From Heterodontus francisci (lineage: Eukaryota), in the NCBI RefSeq assembly GCF_036365525.1, contig NC_090399.1, positions 66,334,862 to 66,398,861 of the forward strand: a DNA stretch of 64,000 bases, in the 5' to 3' direction. The position numbers and the translations under genes are program-made. The notes beneath the pieces are model-generated. The model was not told the origin of the DNA, did not search any database, and was given only the letters and a program-made list of their open reading frames with translations. Below, piece after piece: positions 47,101-60,700 of this stretch. Numbering within the stretch: position 1 is the stretch's first letter; every line of letters starts with the position of its first letter.

Positions 47101-50100
47101 CCAGAGCAGCAGTGACAGTGGACCTGGGTGGAGACTGAGTACAGGGACTGAGGGGTTAAATCAGGAGGAGAGAGGCAGCTCAGAGACTGACCCAGAGTAG
47201 CAGTGACAGTGGACCTGGGTGGAGACTGAGTGCAGTGACTGAGGAGTTAAACTGGGAGAGAGTGGGAGTTCAGAGACTGACCCACAGCAGTAGTGACAGT
47301 GGACCTGGGTGGAGACTGAGTACAGGGACTGAGGGGTTAAATCAGGGAGAGAGAGGCAGCTCAGAGACTGACCCAGAGCAGCAGTGACAGTGCACCTGGG
47401 TGGAGACTGAGTACAGGGACTGAGGGGTTAAACTGGGAGAGAGAGGCAGCTCAGAGACTGATCCAGAGTAGCAATGACAGTGGACCTGGGTGGAGACTGA
47501 GTACAGGGACTGAGGAGTTAAATCAGGGAGAGAGAGGCAGCTCAGAGACTGACCCAGTGCAGCAGTGACAGTGGACCTGGGTGGAGACTGAGTACAGGGA
47601 CTGAGGGGTTAAATCAGGAGGAGAGAGGCAGCTCAGAGACTGACCCAGAGCAGCAGTGACACTGGACCTGGGTGGAGACTGAGTGCAGTGACTGAGGGGA
47701 TAAATCAGGAGGAGAGAGGCAGCTCAGAGACTGACCCAGAGTAGCAATGGACAGTGGACCTGGGTGGAGACTGAGTGCAGTGACTGAGGAGTTAAACTGG
47801 GAGAGAGAGGGAGTTCAGAGACTGACCCACAGCAGTAGTGACAGTGGACCTGGGTGGAGACTGAGTACAGTGACTGAGGGGTTAAATCAGGGAGAGAGAG
47901 GCAGCTCAGAGACTGACCCAGAGTAGCAGTGACAGTGGACCTGGGTGGAGACTGAGTACAGGGACTGAGGGGTTAAACTGGGAGAGAGAGGCAGCTCAGA
48001 GACTGATCCAGAGTAGCTGTGACAGTGGACCTGGGTGGAGACTGAGTACAGGGACTGAGGGGTTAAATCAGGGAGAGAGAGGCAGCTCAGAGACTGACCC
48101 AGAGCAGCAGTGACAGTGGACCTGGGTGGAGACTGAGTACAGGGACTGAAGGGTTAAATCAGGGAGAGAGAGGCAGCTCAGAGACTGACCCAGAGCAGCA
48201 GTGACAGTGGACCTGGGTGGAGACTGAGTACAGGGACTGAGGGGTTACATCAGGGAGAGAGAGGCAGCTCAGAGACTGACTCAGAGCAGCAGTGACAGTG
48301 GACCTGGGTGGAGACTGAGTACAGGGACTGAGGGGTGAAATCAGGGAGAGAGAGGCAGCTCAGAGACTGACTCAGAGCAGCAGTGACAGTGGACCTGGGT
48401 GGAGACTGAGTACAGGGACTGAGGGGTTAAATCAGGGAGAGAGAGGCAGCTCAGAGACTGACCCAGAGCAGCAGTGACAGTGGACCTGGGTGCAGACTGA
48501 GTACAGTGACTGATGAGTTAAACTGGGAGAGAGAGGGAGTTCAGAGACTGACCCAGAGCAGCAGTGACAGTGGACCTGGGTGGAGACTGAGTACAGGGAC
48601 TGAGGGATTAAATCAGGGAGAGAGAGGCAGCTCAGAGACTGACCCAGAGTAGCAGTGACAGTGGACCTGGGTGGAGACTGAGTACAGGGACTGAGGGGTT
48701 AAATCAGGAGGAGAGAGGCAGCTCAGAGACTGACCCAGAGCAGCAGTGACAGTGGACTTGGGTGGAGACTGAGTACTGGGACTGAGGGGTTAAATCAGGA
48801 GGAGAGAGGCAGCTCAGAGACTGACCCAGAGCAGCAGTGACAGTGGACCTGGGTGGAGACTGAGTATAGGGACTGAGGGGTTAAATCAGGAGGAGAGAGG
48901 CAGCTAAGAGACTGACCCAGAGCAGCAGTGACAGTGGACCTGGGTGGAGACTGAGTACAGGGACTGAGGGGTTAAATCAGGAGGAGAGAGGCAGCTCAGA
49001 GACTGACCCAGAGTAGCAGTGACAGTGGACCTGGGTGGAGACTGAGTGCAGTGACTGAGGAGTTAAACTGGGAGAGAGTGGGAGTTCAGAGACTGACCCA
49101 CAGCAGTAGTGACAGTGGACCTGGGTGGAGACTGAGTACAGGGACTGAGGGGTTAAATCAGGGAGAGAGAGGCAGCTCAGAGACTGACCCAGAGCAGCAG
49201 TGACAGTGCACCTGGGTGGAGACTGAGTACAGGGACTGAGGGGTTAAACTGGGAGAGAGAGGCAGCTCAGAGACTGATCCAGAGTAGCAATGACAGTGGA
49301 CCTGGGTGGAGACTGAGTACAGGGACTGAGGAGTTAAATCAGGGAGAGAGAGGCAGCTCAGAGACTGACCCAGTGCAGCAGTGACAGTGGACCTGGGTGG
49401 AGACTGAGTACAGGGACTGAGGGGTTAAATCAGGAGGAGAGAGGCAGCTCAGAGACTGACCCAGAGCAGCAGTGACACTGGACCTGGGTGGAGACTGAGT
49501 GCAGTGACTGAGGGGATAAATCAGGAGGAGAGAGGCAGCTCAGAGACTGACCCAGAGTAGCAATGGACAGTGGACCTGGGTGGAGACTGAGTGCAGTGAC
49601 TGAGGAGTTAAACTGGGAGAGAGAGGGAGTTCAGAGACTGACCCACAGCAGTAGTGACAGTGGACCTGGGTGGAGACTGAGTACAGTGACTGAGGGGTTA
49701 AATCAGGGAGAGAGAGGCAGCTCAGAGACTGACCCAGAGTAGCAGTGACAGTGGACCTGGGTGGAGACTGAGTACAGGGACTGAGGGGTTAAACTGGGAG
49801 AGAGAGGCAGCTCAGAGACTGATCCAGAGTAGCTGTGACAGTGGACCTGGGTGGAGACTGAGTACAGGGACTGAGGGGTTAAATCAGGGAGAGAGAGGCA
49901 GCTCAGAGACTGACCCAGAGCAGCAGTGACAGTGGACCTGGGTGGAGACTGAGTACAGGGACTGAAGGGTTAAATCAGGGAGAGAGAGGCAGCTCAGAGA
50001 CTGACCCAGAGCAGCAGTGACAGTGGACCTGGGTGGAGACTGAGTACAGGGACTGAGGGGTTACATCAGGGAGAGAGAGGCAGCTCAGAGACTGACTCAG

Positions 50101-53100
50101 AGCAGCAGTGACAGTGGACCTGGGTGGAGACTGAGTACAGGGACTGAGGGGTGAAATCAGGGAGAGAGAGGCAGCTCAGAGACTGACCCAGAGCAGCAGT
50201 GACAGTGGACCTGGGTGGAGACTGAGTACAGGGACTGAGGGGTTAAATCAGGAGGAGAGAGAGGCAGCTCAGAGACTGACCCAGAGCAGCAGTGACAGTG
50301 GACCTGGGTGGAGACTGAGTACAGGGACTGAGGGGTTAAATCAGGGAGAGAGAGGCAGCTCAGAGACTGACCCAGAGCAGCAGTGACAGTGGACCTGGGT
50401 GGAGACTGAGTACAGGGACTGAGGAGTTAAATCAGGGAGAGGGAGGCAGCTCAGAGACTGACCCAGAGCAGCAGTGACAGTGGACCTGGGTGGAGACTGA
50501 GTACAGGGACTGAGGGGTTAAATCAGGGAGAGAGAGGCAGCTCAGAGACTGACCCAGAGCAGCGGTGACAGTGGACCTGGGTGGAGACTGAGTACAGGGA
50601 CTGAGGGGTTAAATCAGGGAGAGGGAGGCAGCTCAGAGACTGACCCAGAGTAGCAGTGACAGTGGACCTGGGTGGAGACTGAGTACAGGGACTGAGGGGT
50701 TAAATCAGGGAGAGAGAGGCAGCTCAGAGACTGACCCAGAGCAGCAGTGACAGTGGACCTGGGTGGAGACTGAGTACAGTGACTGAGGGGGTAAATCAGG
50801 GAGAGAGAGGCAGCTCAGAGACTGACCCAGAGCAGCACTGACAGTGCACCTGGGTGGAGACTGAGTACAGGGACTGAGGGGTTAAGTCAGGGAGAGAGGG
50901 GCAGCTCAGAGAGTGACCCAGAGCAGCAGTGACAGTGGACCTGGGAGGAGACTGAGTACAGGGACTGAGGGGTTAAATCAGGGAGAGAGAGGCAGCTCAG
51001 AGACTGACCCAGAGCAGCAGTGACAGTGGACCTGGGTGGAGACTGAGTACAGGGACTGAGGGGTGAAATCAGGGAGAGAGAGGCAGCTCAGAGACTGACC
51101 CAGAGCAGCAGTGACAGTGGACCTGGGTGGAGACTGAGTGCAGTGACTGAGGAGTTAAACTGGGAGAGAGTGGGAGTTCAGAGACTGACCCACAGCAGTA
51201 GTGACTGTGGACCTGGGGGGAGACTGAGTACAGGGACTGAGGGGTTAAATCAGGAGGAGAGAGAGGCAGCTCAGAGACTGACCCAGAGTAGCAGTGACAG
51301 TGGACCTGGGTGGAGACTGAGTACAGGGACTGAGGGGTTAAACTGGGAGAGAGAGGCAGCTCAGAGACTGATACAGAGTAGCTGTGGCAGTGGACCTGGG
51401 TGGAGACTGAGTACAGGGACTGAGGGGTTAAATCAGGGAGAGAGAGGCAGCTCAGAGACTGACCCAGAGCAGCAGTGACAGTGGACCTGGGTGGAGACTG
51501 AGTACAGGGACTGAGGGGTTAAATCAGGAGGAGAGAGGCAGCTCAGAGACTGACCCAGAGCAGCAGTGACAGTGGACCTGGGTGGAGACTGAGTACAGGG
51601 ACTGAGGGGTTAAATCAGGGAGAGAGAGGCAGCTCAGAGACTGACCCAGAGCAGCACTGACAATGCACCTGGGTGGAGACTGAGTACAGGGACTGAGGGG
51701 TGAAATCAGGGAGAGAGAGGCAGCTCAGAGACTGACCCAGAGCAGCAGTGACAGTGGACCTGGGTGGAGACTGAGTGCAGTGACTGAGGAGTTAAACTGG
51801 GAGAGAGTGGGAGTTCAGAGACTGACCCAGAGCAGTAGTGACAGTGGTCCTGGGTGGAGACTGAGTACAGGGACTGAGGGGTTAAATCAGGGAGAGAGAG
51901 GCAGCTCAGAGACTGATACAGAGTAGCTGTGACAGTGGACCTGGGTGGAGACTGAGTACAGGGACTGAGGGGTTAAATCAGGGAGAGAGAGGCAGCTCAG
52001 AGACTGACTCAGAGCAGCAGTGACAGTGGACCTGGGTGGAGACTGAGTACAGGGACTGAGGGGTTAAATCAGGGAGAGAGATGCAGCTCAGAGACTGACC
52101 CAGAGCAGCAGTGACAGTGGACCTGGGTGGAGACTGAGTACAGGGACTGAGGGGTTAAATCAGGAGGAGAGAGGCAGCTCAGAGACTGACCCAGAGCAAC
52201 AGTGACAGTGGACCTGGGTGGAGACTGAGTACAGGGACTGAGGGATTAAATCAGGAGGAGAGAGGCAGCTCAGAGACTGACCCAGAGCAGCAGTGACAGT
52301 GGACATGGGTGGAGACTGAGTACAGTGACTGAGGAGTTAAACTGGGAGAGAGTGGGAGTTCAGGGACTGACCCACAGCAGTAGTGACAGTGGACCTGGGT
52401 GGAGACTGAGTACAGGGACTGAGGGGTTAAATCAGGGAGAGAGAGGCAGCTCAGAGACTGACCCAGAGCAGCAGTGACAGTGGACCAAGGTGGAGACTGA
52501 GTACAGGGACTGAGGGGTTAAACTGGGAGAGAGAGGCAGCTCAGAGACTGATCCAGAGTAGCAGTGACATTGGACCTGGGTGGAGACTGAGTACAGGGAC
52601 TGAGGAGTTAAATCAGGGAGAGAGAGGCAGCTCAGAGACTGACCCAGTGCAGCAGTGACAGTGGACCTGGGTGGAGACTGAGTACAGGGACTGAGGGGTT
52701 AAATCAGGAGGAGAGAGGCAGCTCAGAGACTGACCCAGAGCAGCAGTGACACTGGACCTGGGTGGAGACTGAGTGCAGTGACTGAGGGGATAAATCAGGA
52801 GGAGAGAGGCAGCTCAGAGACTGACCCAGAGTAGCAATGGACAGTGGACCTGGGTGGAGACTGAGTGCAGTGACTGAGGAGTTAAACTGGGAGAGAGAGG
52901 GAGTTCAAAGACTGACCCACAGCAGTAGTGACAGTGGACCTGGGTGGAGACTGAGTACAGTGACTGAGGGGTTAAATCAAGGAGAGAGAGGCAGCTCAGA
53001 GACTGACCCAGAGTAGCAGTGACAGTGGACCTGGGTGGAGACTGAGTACAGGGACTGAGGGGTTAAAGTGGGAGAGAGAGGCAGCTCAGAGACTGATACA

Positions 53101-56100
53101 GAGTAGCTGTGACAGTGGACCTGGGTGGAGACTGAGTACAGGGACTGAGGGGTTAAATCAGGGAGAGAGAGGCAGCTCAGAGACTGACCCAGAGCAGCAG
53201 TGACAGTGGACCTGGGTGGAGACTGAGTACAGGGACTGAGGGGTTAAATCAGGAGGAGAGAGGCAGCTCAGAGACTGACCCAGAGTAGCAGTGACAGTGG
53301 ACCTGGGTGGAGACTGAGTACAGGGACTGAGGGGTTAAATCAGGGAGAGAGAGGCAGCTCAGAGACTGACCCAGAGTAGCAGTGACTGGACCTGGGTGGA
53401 GACTGAGTACAGGGACTGAGGGGTTAAACTGGGAGAGAGAGGCAGCTCAGAGACTGACCCAGAGCAGCAGTGACTGTGGACCTGGGGGGAGACTGAGTAC
53501 AGGGACTGAGGGGTTAAATCAGGAGGAGAGAGAGGCAGCTCAGAGACTGACCCAGAGCAGCAGTGACAGTGGACCTGGGTGGACACTGAGTACAGTGACT
53601 GAGGGGGTAAATCAGGGAGAGAGAGGCAGCTCAGAGACTGACCCAGAGCAGCAGTGACAGTGGACCTGGGTGGAGACTGAGTACAGGGACTGAGGGGTTA
53701 AATCAGGGAGAGAGAGGCAGCTCAGAGACTGACCCAGAGTAGCAGTGACTGGACCTGGGTGGAGACTGAGTACAGGGACTGAGGGGTTAAACTGGGAGAG
53801 AGAGGCAGCTCAGAGACTGACCCAGAGCAGCACTGACAGTGGACCTGGGTGGAGACTGAGTACAGGGACTGAGGGGTTAAATCAGGAGGAGAGAGAGGCA
53901 GCTCAGAGACTGACCCAGAGCAGCAGTGACAGTGGACCTGGGTGGAGACTGAGTACAGTGACTGAGGGGGTAAATCAGGGAGAGAGAGGCAGCTCAGAGA
54001 CTGACCCAGAGCAGCACTGACAGTGCACCTGGGTGGAGACTGAGTACAGGGACTGAGGGGTTAAGTCAGGGAGAGAGGGGCAGCTCAGAGAGTGACCCAG
54101 AGCAGCAGTGACAGTGGACCTGGGTGGAGACTGAGTACAGGGACTGAGGGGTTAAATCAGGAGGAGAGAGAGGCAACTCAGAGACTGACCCAGAGCAGCA
54201 GTGACAGTGGACCTGGGTGGAGACTGAGTACAGGGACTGAGGGGTTACATCAGGGAGAGAGAGGCAGCTCAGAGACTGACCCAGAGCAGCAGTGACAGTG
54301 GACCTGGGAGGAGACTGAGTACAGGGACTGAGGGGTTAAATCAGGAGGAGAGAGGCAGCTCAGAGACTGACCCAGAGTAGCAGTGACAGTGGACCTGGGT
54401 GGAGACTGAGTACAGGGACTGAGGGGTTAAACTGGGAGAGAGAGGCAGCTCAGAGACTGACCCAGAGCAGCAGTGACTGTGGACCTGGGGGGAGACTGAG
54501 TACAGGGACTGAGGGGTTAAATCAGGAGGAGAGAGAGGCAGCTCAGAGACTGACCCAGAGCAGCAGTGACAGTGGACCTGGGTGGAGACTGAGTACAGTG
54601 ACTGAGGGGGTAAATCAGGGAGAGAGAGGCAGCTCAGAGACTGACCCAGAGCAGCAGTGACAGTGGACCTGGGTGGAGACTGAGTACAGGGACTGAGGAG
54701 TTAAATCAGGGAGAGAGAGGCAGCTCAGAGACTGACCCAGAGTAGCAGTGACTGGACCTGGGTGGAGACTGAGTACAGGGACTGAGGGGTTAAACTGGGA
54801 GAGAGAGGCAGCTCAGAGACTGACCCAGAGCAGCAGTGACTGTGGACCTGGGGGGAGACTGAGTACAGGGACTGAGGGGTTAAATCAGGAGGAGAGAGAG
54901 GCAGCTCAGAGACTGACCCAGAGCAGCAGTGACAGTGGACCTGGGTGGAGACTGAGTACAGTGACTGAGGGGGTAAATCAGGGAGAGAGAGGCAGCTCAG
55001 AGACTGACCCAGAGCAGCAGTGACAGTGGACCTGGGTGGAGACTGAGTACAGTGACTGAGGGGGTAAATCAGGGAGAGAGAGGCAGCTCAGAGACTGACC
55101 CAGAGCAGCAGTGACAGTGGACCTGGGTGGAGACTGAGTACAGGGACTGAGGGGTTAAATCAGGGAGAGAGAGGCAGCTCAGAGACTGACCCAGAGTAGC
55201 AGTGACTGGACCTGGGTGGAGACTGAGTACAGGGACTGACGGGTTAAACTGGGAGAGAGAGGCAGCTCAGAGACTGACCCAGAGCAGCAGTGACTGTGGA
55301 CCTGGGGGGAGACTGAGTACAGGGACTGAGGGGTTAAATCAGGAGGAGAGAGAGGCAGCTCAGAGACTGACCCAGAGCAGCAGTGACAGTGGACCTGGGT
55401 GGAGACTGAGTACAGTGACTGAGGGGGTAAATCAGGGAGAGAGAGGCAGCTCAGAGACTGACCCAGAGCAGCACTGACAGTGCACCTGGGTGGAGACTGA
55501 GTACAGGGACTGAGGGGTTAAGTCAGGGAGAGAGGGGCAGCTCAGAGAGTGACCCAGAGCAGCAGTGACAGTGGACCTGGGTGGAGACTGAGTACAGGGA
55601 CTGAGGGGTTAAATCAGGAGGAGAGAGAGGCAACTCAGAGACTGACCCAGAGCAGCAGTGACAGTGGACCTGGGTGGAGACTGAGTACAGGGACTGAGGG
55701 GTGAAATCGGGGAGAGAGTGGCAGCTCAGAGACTGACCCAGAGCAGCAGTGACAGTGGACCTGGGTGGAGACTGAGTACAGGGACTGAGGGGTTAAATCA
55801 GGGAGAGAGAGGCAGCTCAGAGACTGACCCAGAGCAGCAGTGACAGTGGACCTGGGTGGAGACTGAGTACAGGGACTGAGGGGTTAAATCAGGGAGAGAG
55901 AGGCAGCTCAGAGACTGACCCAGAGTAGCAGTGACTGTGGACCTGGGGGGAGACTGAGTACAGGGACTGAGGGGTTAAATCAGGAGGAGAGAGAGGCAGC
56001 TCAGAGACTGACCCAGAGCAGCAGTGACAGTGGACCTGGGTGGAGACTGAGTACAGGGACTGAGGGCTGAAATCAGGGAGAGAGTGGGAGTTGAGAGACT

Positions 56101-57708
56101 GACCCACAGCAGTAGTGACAGTGGACCTGGGTGGAGACTGAGTGCAGTGACTGAGGAGTTAAACTGGGAGAGAGTGGGAGTTCAGAGACTGACCCACAGC
56201 AGTAGTGACAGTGGACCTGGGTGGAGACTGAGTACAGGGACTGAGGGGTTAAATCAGGGAGAGAGAGGCAGCTCAGAGACTGACCCAGATCAGCAGTGAC
56301 AGTGGACCTGGGTGGAGACTGATTACAGGGACTGAGGGGTTAAATCAGGAGGGGAGAGGAGGCTCAGAGACTGACCCAGAGCAGCAGTGACAGTGGACCT
56401 GGGAGGAGACTGAGTACAGGGACTGAGCGGTTAAATCAGGGAGAGAGAGGCAGCTCAGAGACTGACCCAGAGCAGCAGTGACAGTGGACCTGGGTGGAGA
56501 CTGAGTACAGGGACTGAGGGGTTAAATCAGGGAGAGAGAGGCAGCTCAGAGACTGACCCAGAGCAGCAGTGACAGTGGACCTGGGTGCAGACTGAGTACA
56601 GTGACTGAGGAGTTAAACTGGGAGAGAGAGGGAGTTCAGAGACTGACCCAGAGCAGCAGTGACAGTGGACCTGGGTGGAGACTGAGTACAGTGACTGAGG
56701 GGTTAAATCAGGGAGAGAGAGGCAGCTCAGAGACTGACCCAGAGTAGCAGTGACACTGGACCTGGGTGGAGACTGAGTACAGGGACTGAGGGGTTAAATG
56801 AGGGAGAGAGAGGCAGCTCAGAGACTGACCCAGAGCAGCAGTGACAGTGGACCTGGGTGGAGACTGAGTACAGTGACTGAGGGGTTAAATCAGGGAGAGA
56901 GAGGCAGCTCAGAGACTGACCCAGAGTAGCAGTGACAGTGGACCTGGGTGGAGACTGAGTACAGGGACTGAGGGGTTAAACTGGGAGAGAGAGGCAGCTC
57001 AGAGACTGACCCAGAGCAGCAGTGACAGTGGACCTGGGTGCAGACTGAGTGCAGTGACTGAGGAGTTATACTGGGAGAGAGAGGCAGCTCAGAGACTGAC
57101 CCAGAGCAGCAGTGACAGTGGACCTGGGTGGAGACTGAGTACAGGGACTGAAGGGTTAAATCTGGGAGAGAGAGGGAGTTCAGAGACTGACCCACAGCAG
57201 CAGTGACAGTGGACCTGGGTGCAGACTGAGTGCAGTGACTGAGGAGTTATACTGGGAGAGAGAGGCAGCTCAGAGACTGACCCAGAGCAGCACTGACAGT
57301 GGACCTGGGTGCAGACTGAGTGCAGTGACTGAGGAGTTATACTGGGAGAGAGAGGCAGCTCAGAGACTGACCCAGAGCAGCACTGACAGTGGACCTGGGT
57401 GCAGACTGAGTGCAGTGACTGAGGAGTTATACTGGGAAAGAGAGGCAGCTCAGAGACTGACCCAGAGCAGCACTGACAGTGGACCTGGGTGCAGACTGAG
57501 TGCAGTGACTGAGGAGTTATACTGGGAGAGAGAGGCAGCTCAGAGACTGACCCAGAGCAGCACTGACAGTGGACCTGGGTGCAGACTGAGTGCAGTGACT
57601 GAGGAGTTATACTGGGAGAGAGAGGCAGCTCAGAGACTGACCCACAGTAGCAGTGACAGTGGACCTGGGTGGAGACTGAGTACAGGGACTGAGGAGTTAA
57701 ACTGGGAG
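41200..57708. repeat. ~91-bp tandem array, ~16.5 kb, about 180 copies
   Basis: Unit cagtgacagtggacctgggtggagactgagtacagggactgaggggttaaatcagggagagagaggcagctcagagactgacccagagcag, with 89-93 nt variants. Confidence 0.98.
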
Positions 57709-57769
57709 CGAAAGCCTCCCGCAAAATCACCATAACAAAAGCAGCATCTGAAATTCAACTTTAATGATA

Positions 57770-60700
57770 TCACAACCAGGGAAGGAGCCAATCGGTGAGC
57801 AGCTGTTAACTGTTTCCAGTTAATAGTCTCGATATTAAAGCATGGCAGGGCACCTCAGCCCCGTGGATTGCACATCCTGTGACATGTGGGAAATCCTGGA
57901 CGCGTCTCATTACCTGGACCACAACATGTACAGGAAGTGCTGCCAGCTAGCACAGGTTTTGGAACCTGAGTGCCAGCTGGAGTTAGCGTGGGACATCCGT
58001 GAGGGTGAGAGCTTCATGGATAGCACGTTTCTGGAGATGGTCACTCCACAGCTTAAACATGTGCTGGCGGAGAAGAAATGGGTGACCAACAGAAGGACCA
58101 GGCAGGCAGGGCAGGGATCCCATGAGTGTATCTCCCTCACCAACTTGTATTCAGTTCTGAATACTGGTGAGAGTGATGGTTCATCTGGGGAATGCAGCCA
58201 CTGCCAAGACCACAGCACCGTAGGTGGTTCAGCTGCACGGGGGTGGGAGTGGGAGTGGGGGGGTTTGGAAAAACATGAAAGAGTAATATTGTTTGTAGAT
58301 TCAATAGAGAGGGGAACAGACAGGCGATTCTGTGTCCACAGACATGAATCCAGGATGGCCTGTTGCCTTCCTGGTGCCAAGGGTGGATACGTGGATGTCA
58401 CTGAGCGGCTACAGGATATTCTGAGGGGGAGGGTGAACAGCCAGAATATGTGGTCCATATCAGCACCAATGACATAGGCAGAAAGAGGGATGAGGTCCTG
58501 CAGGCAGATTGGAGGGAGCTGGGAGAGAGATTGAACAGCAGAACCTCAGAGGTAGTAATCTCTGGATTACTCCCAGTACCATGTACTAGTGAGTACAGAA
58601 ATAGAAAGATAGAGGTGATGAATACATGGCTGGAGAGATGGTGCAGGAGGGAGGGCTATAGATTCCTGAGGCTGAGGGACTTGTTCTGGGGGAGGTGGGA
58701 TCTGTATACACCCGAGTGTTCCACCTCGACAGGGCCAGGACCTGTATCCTCGCAGGGATATTGTTGGTGCTGTGGAGCAGGGTTTAAATGAGTTTGGCAG
58801 CGGGGTGGGAACCTGAGAGTAGATTCAGTAGAGAAAGAGGTTGTTTTGGAAATGGAAGGCAGAAAACTAGTAAGTGTGTTTGGGAGACAGAGGAAACAAA
58901 GGCCAGAAAATAGACAGCAAGGGAGTTTGGTAATGCTAAGTGGTATATACTTCAATGTGAGAAGTCTAGGGAATAAGGCAGATGAGCTGAAAGCACAGAC
59001 TGAGATGTGGGAGTATGATATTATAGTTGTTACTGAGACATGGCTGAAAGAAGGGCAGGAATGGCAGCTCAACATTCCTGGCCACATGGTTTTTAGAATG
59101 AAAAAGGAGGGGGCTTTATAATATTGATTCAAGAAACAATTATAGCTGTGAGGAGGGACAATACGGTAGAAGAACAAAAAAAGAGGGCAATCACACTCCT
59201 GGGAGTGCATACAGACCCTTAAACAGTCAGAGGGCAACAGAACAGCAATTATGTAGGTGAATCTTTGAGAAGTGCAAAAACAATAGGGCAGTAATAGTGG
59301 GGGATTTCAACGACCCTAATATTAACTAGGATAGAATGAGTGTGAAAGGCACAGAGGGAGCAGAATTCAGATGCATTGCTGAGAATGTTTTTAGCCAGTA
59401 CGTAGCAAGTTCAACAAGAGAGGGGACAGTTCTGGACTTGGTTTCGAGAATGAAGCTGGGCAGGTGGGAGGGGTATCAGTTGGGGAGCACTGGTGGAAGT
59501 GACCGCTATTCTGTTAGAATTGGGGCAGTTATGGAAAAGGACAAAGATAGACCAGGAATAAAAGTTCTCAATTGGGGAAAAGCTACGTTTACTAAGCTGA
59601 GATATGATTCAGCCAATGTGGACTGGAAACAGCTACTTGAAGGTAAATCAGTGCCAGATCAGTGGGAAGCACTCAAGGAAAAGATAGCGAGGGTTCAGAG
59701 CAAGTATGTTCCCTTCAAGAAAAATGGTGGGACTAACAATCCAGAGCCCTGGGGATGTCAAGGGGTTTAAAGGAGAGGATAAAGAAAAAAAAGGGAAGCT
59801 TATGACAGATACTGAGAGCTCAATACTGCAGAAAACCTAGAGAAATATAAAAAGTGTCGGAGTGAAATTAGAAAGAAAATTAGGAAAGCAAAGAGAGGGC
59901 ATGAAAAAATATAAACAAGCAAAATCAAAGAAACCCAAAGATTGTTTTTAAATACATAAAGAGCAAGAGGATACCTAAAGAAAGAGTAGGGCCTATTAGG
60001 GAACATAAGGGTAACCTGTGTGTGGAGACAGAGGACATGGGTATGGTTCTGAATAAATACTTTGCCTCTATTTTCACAAAAGAGAGGGATGATACAGACA
60101 CTGCAATCAGGGAGGAAGAGTGTGAAATATTAGAAGATATTAACATGGTGAGAGAGGAAGTATTAAGGGGCTTAACATCTTTGAAAGTGGATAAATCCCC
60201 AGGCCCAGATGAAATGTATCCTAGGCTGTTAAGGGAAGCAAGAGAAGAAATAGCGGAGGCTCACTCTCACGTTGACAGGCTGTGACTAGTGGGGTACCGC
60301 AGGGATCAGTGTTTGGGCCCCAGCTGTTCACAATATATATCAATGATTTGGATGTGGGGACCAAATGTAATATTTCCAAGTTCGGGGATTTCACAAAACT
60401 AGGTGGGAATGTGTGGTGTGAGGAAGATGCAAAGTGGCTTCAAGGAGATTTGGACAGACTTAATGAGTGGGCAAGAACGTGGCAGATGGAATATAATGTG
60501 GAGAAATGTGAGGTTATCCACTTTGGTAGGAGGAATAGACGTGCAGAGTATTTCTTCAAGGTAAGCGATTAGAAAGTGTAGATGTACAAAGGGACCTGGG
60601 TGTCCTTGTCAATAAGTCACTGAAAGCTGACATGCAGGTGCAGCAAGCAATTCGGAAGGCGAATGGTATGTTAGTCTTTATCACAAGAGGATTTGAGTAT

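Noticed and set aside
11910-57708. CRISPR-like arrays
   Set aside because: These are head-to-tail tandem units with no unique spacers, there are no cas genes, and the context is vertebrate.
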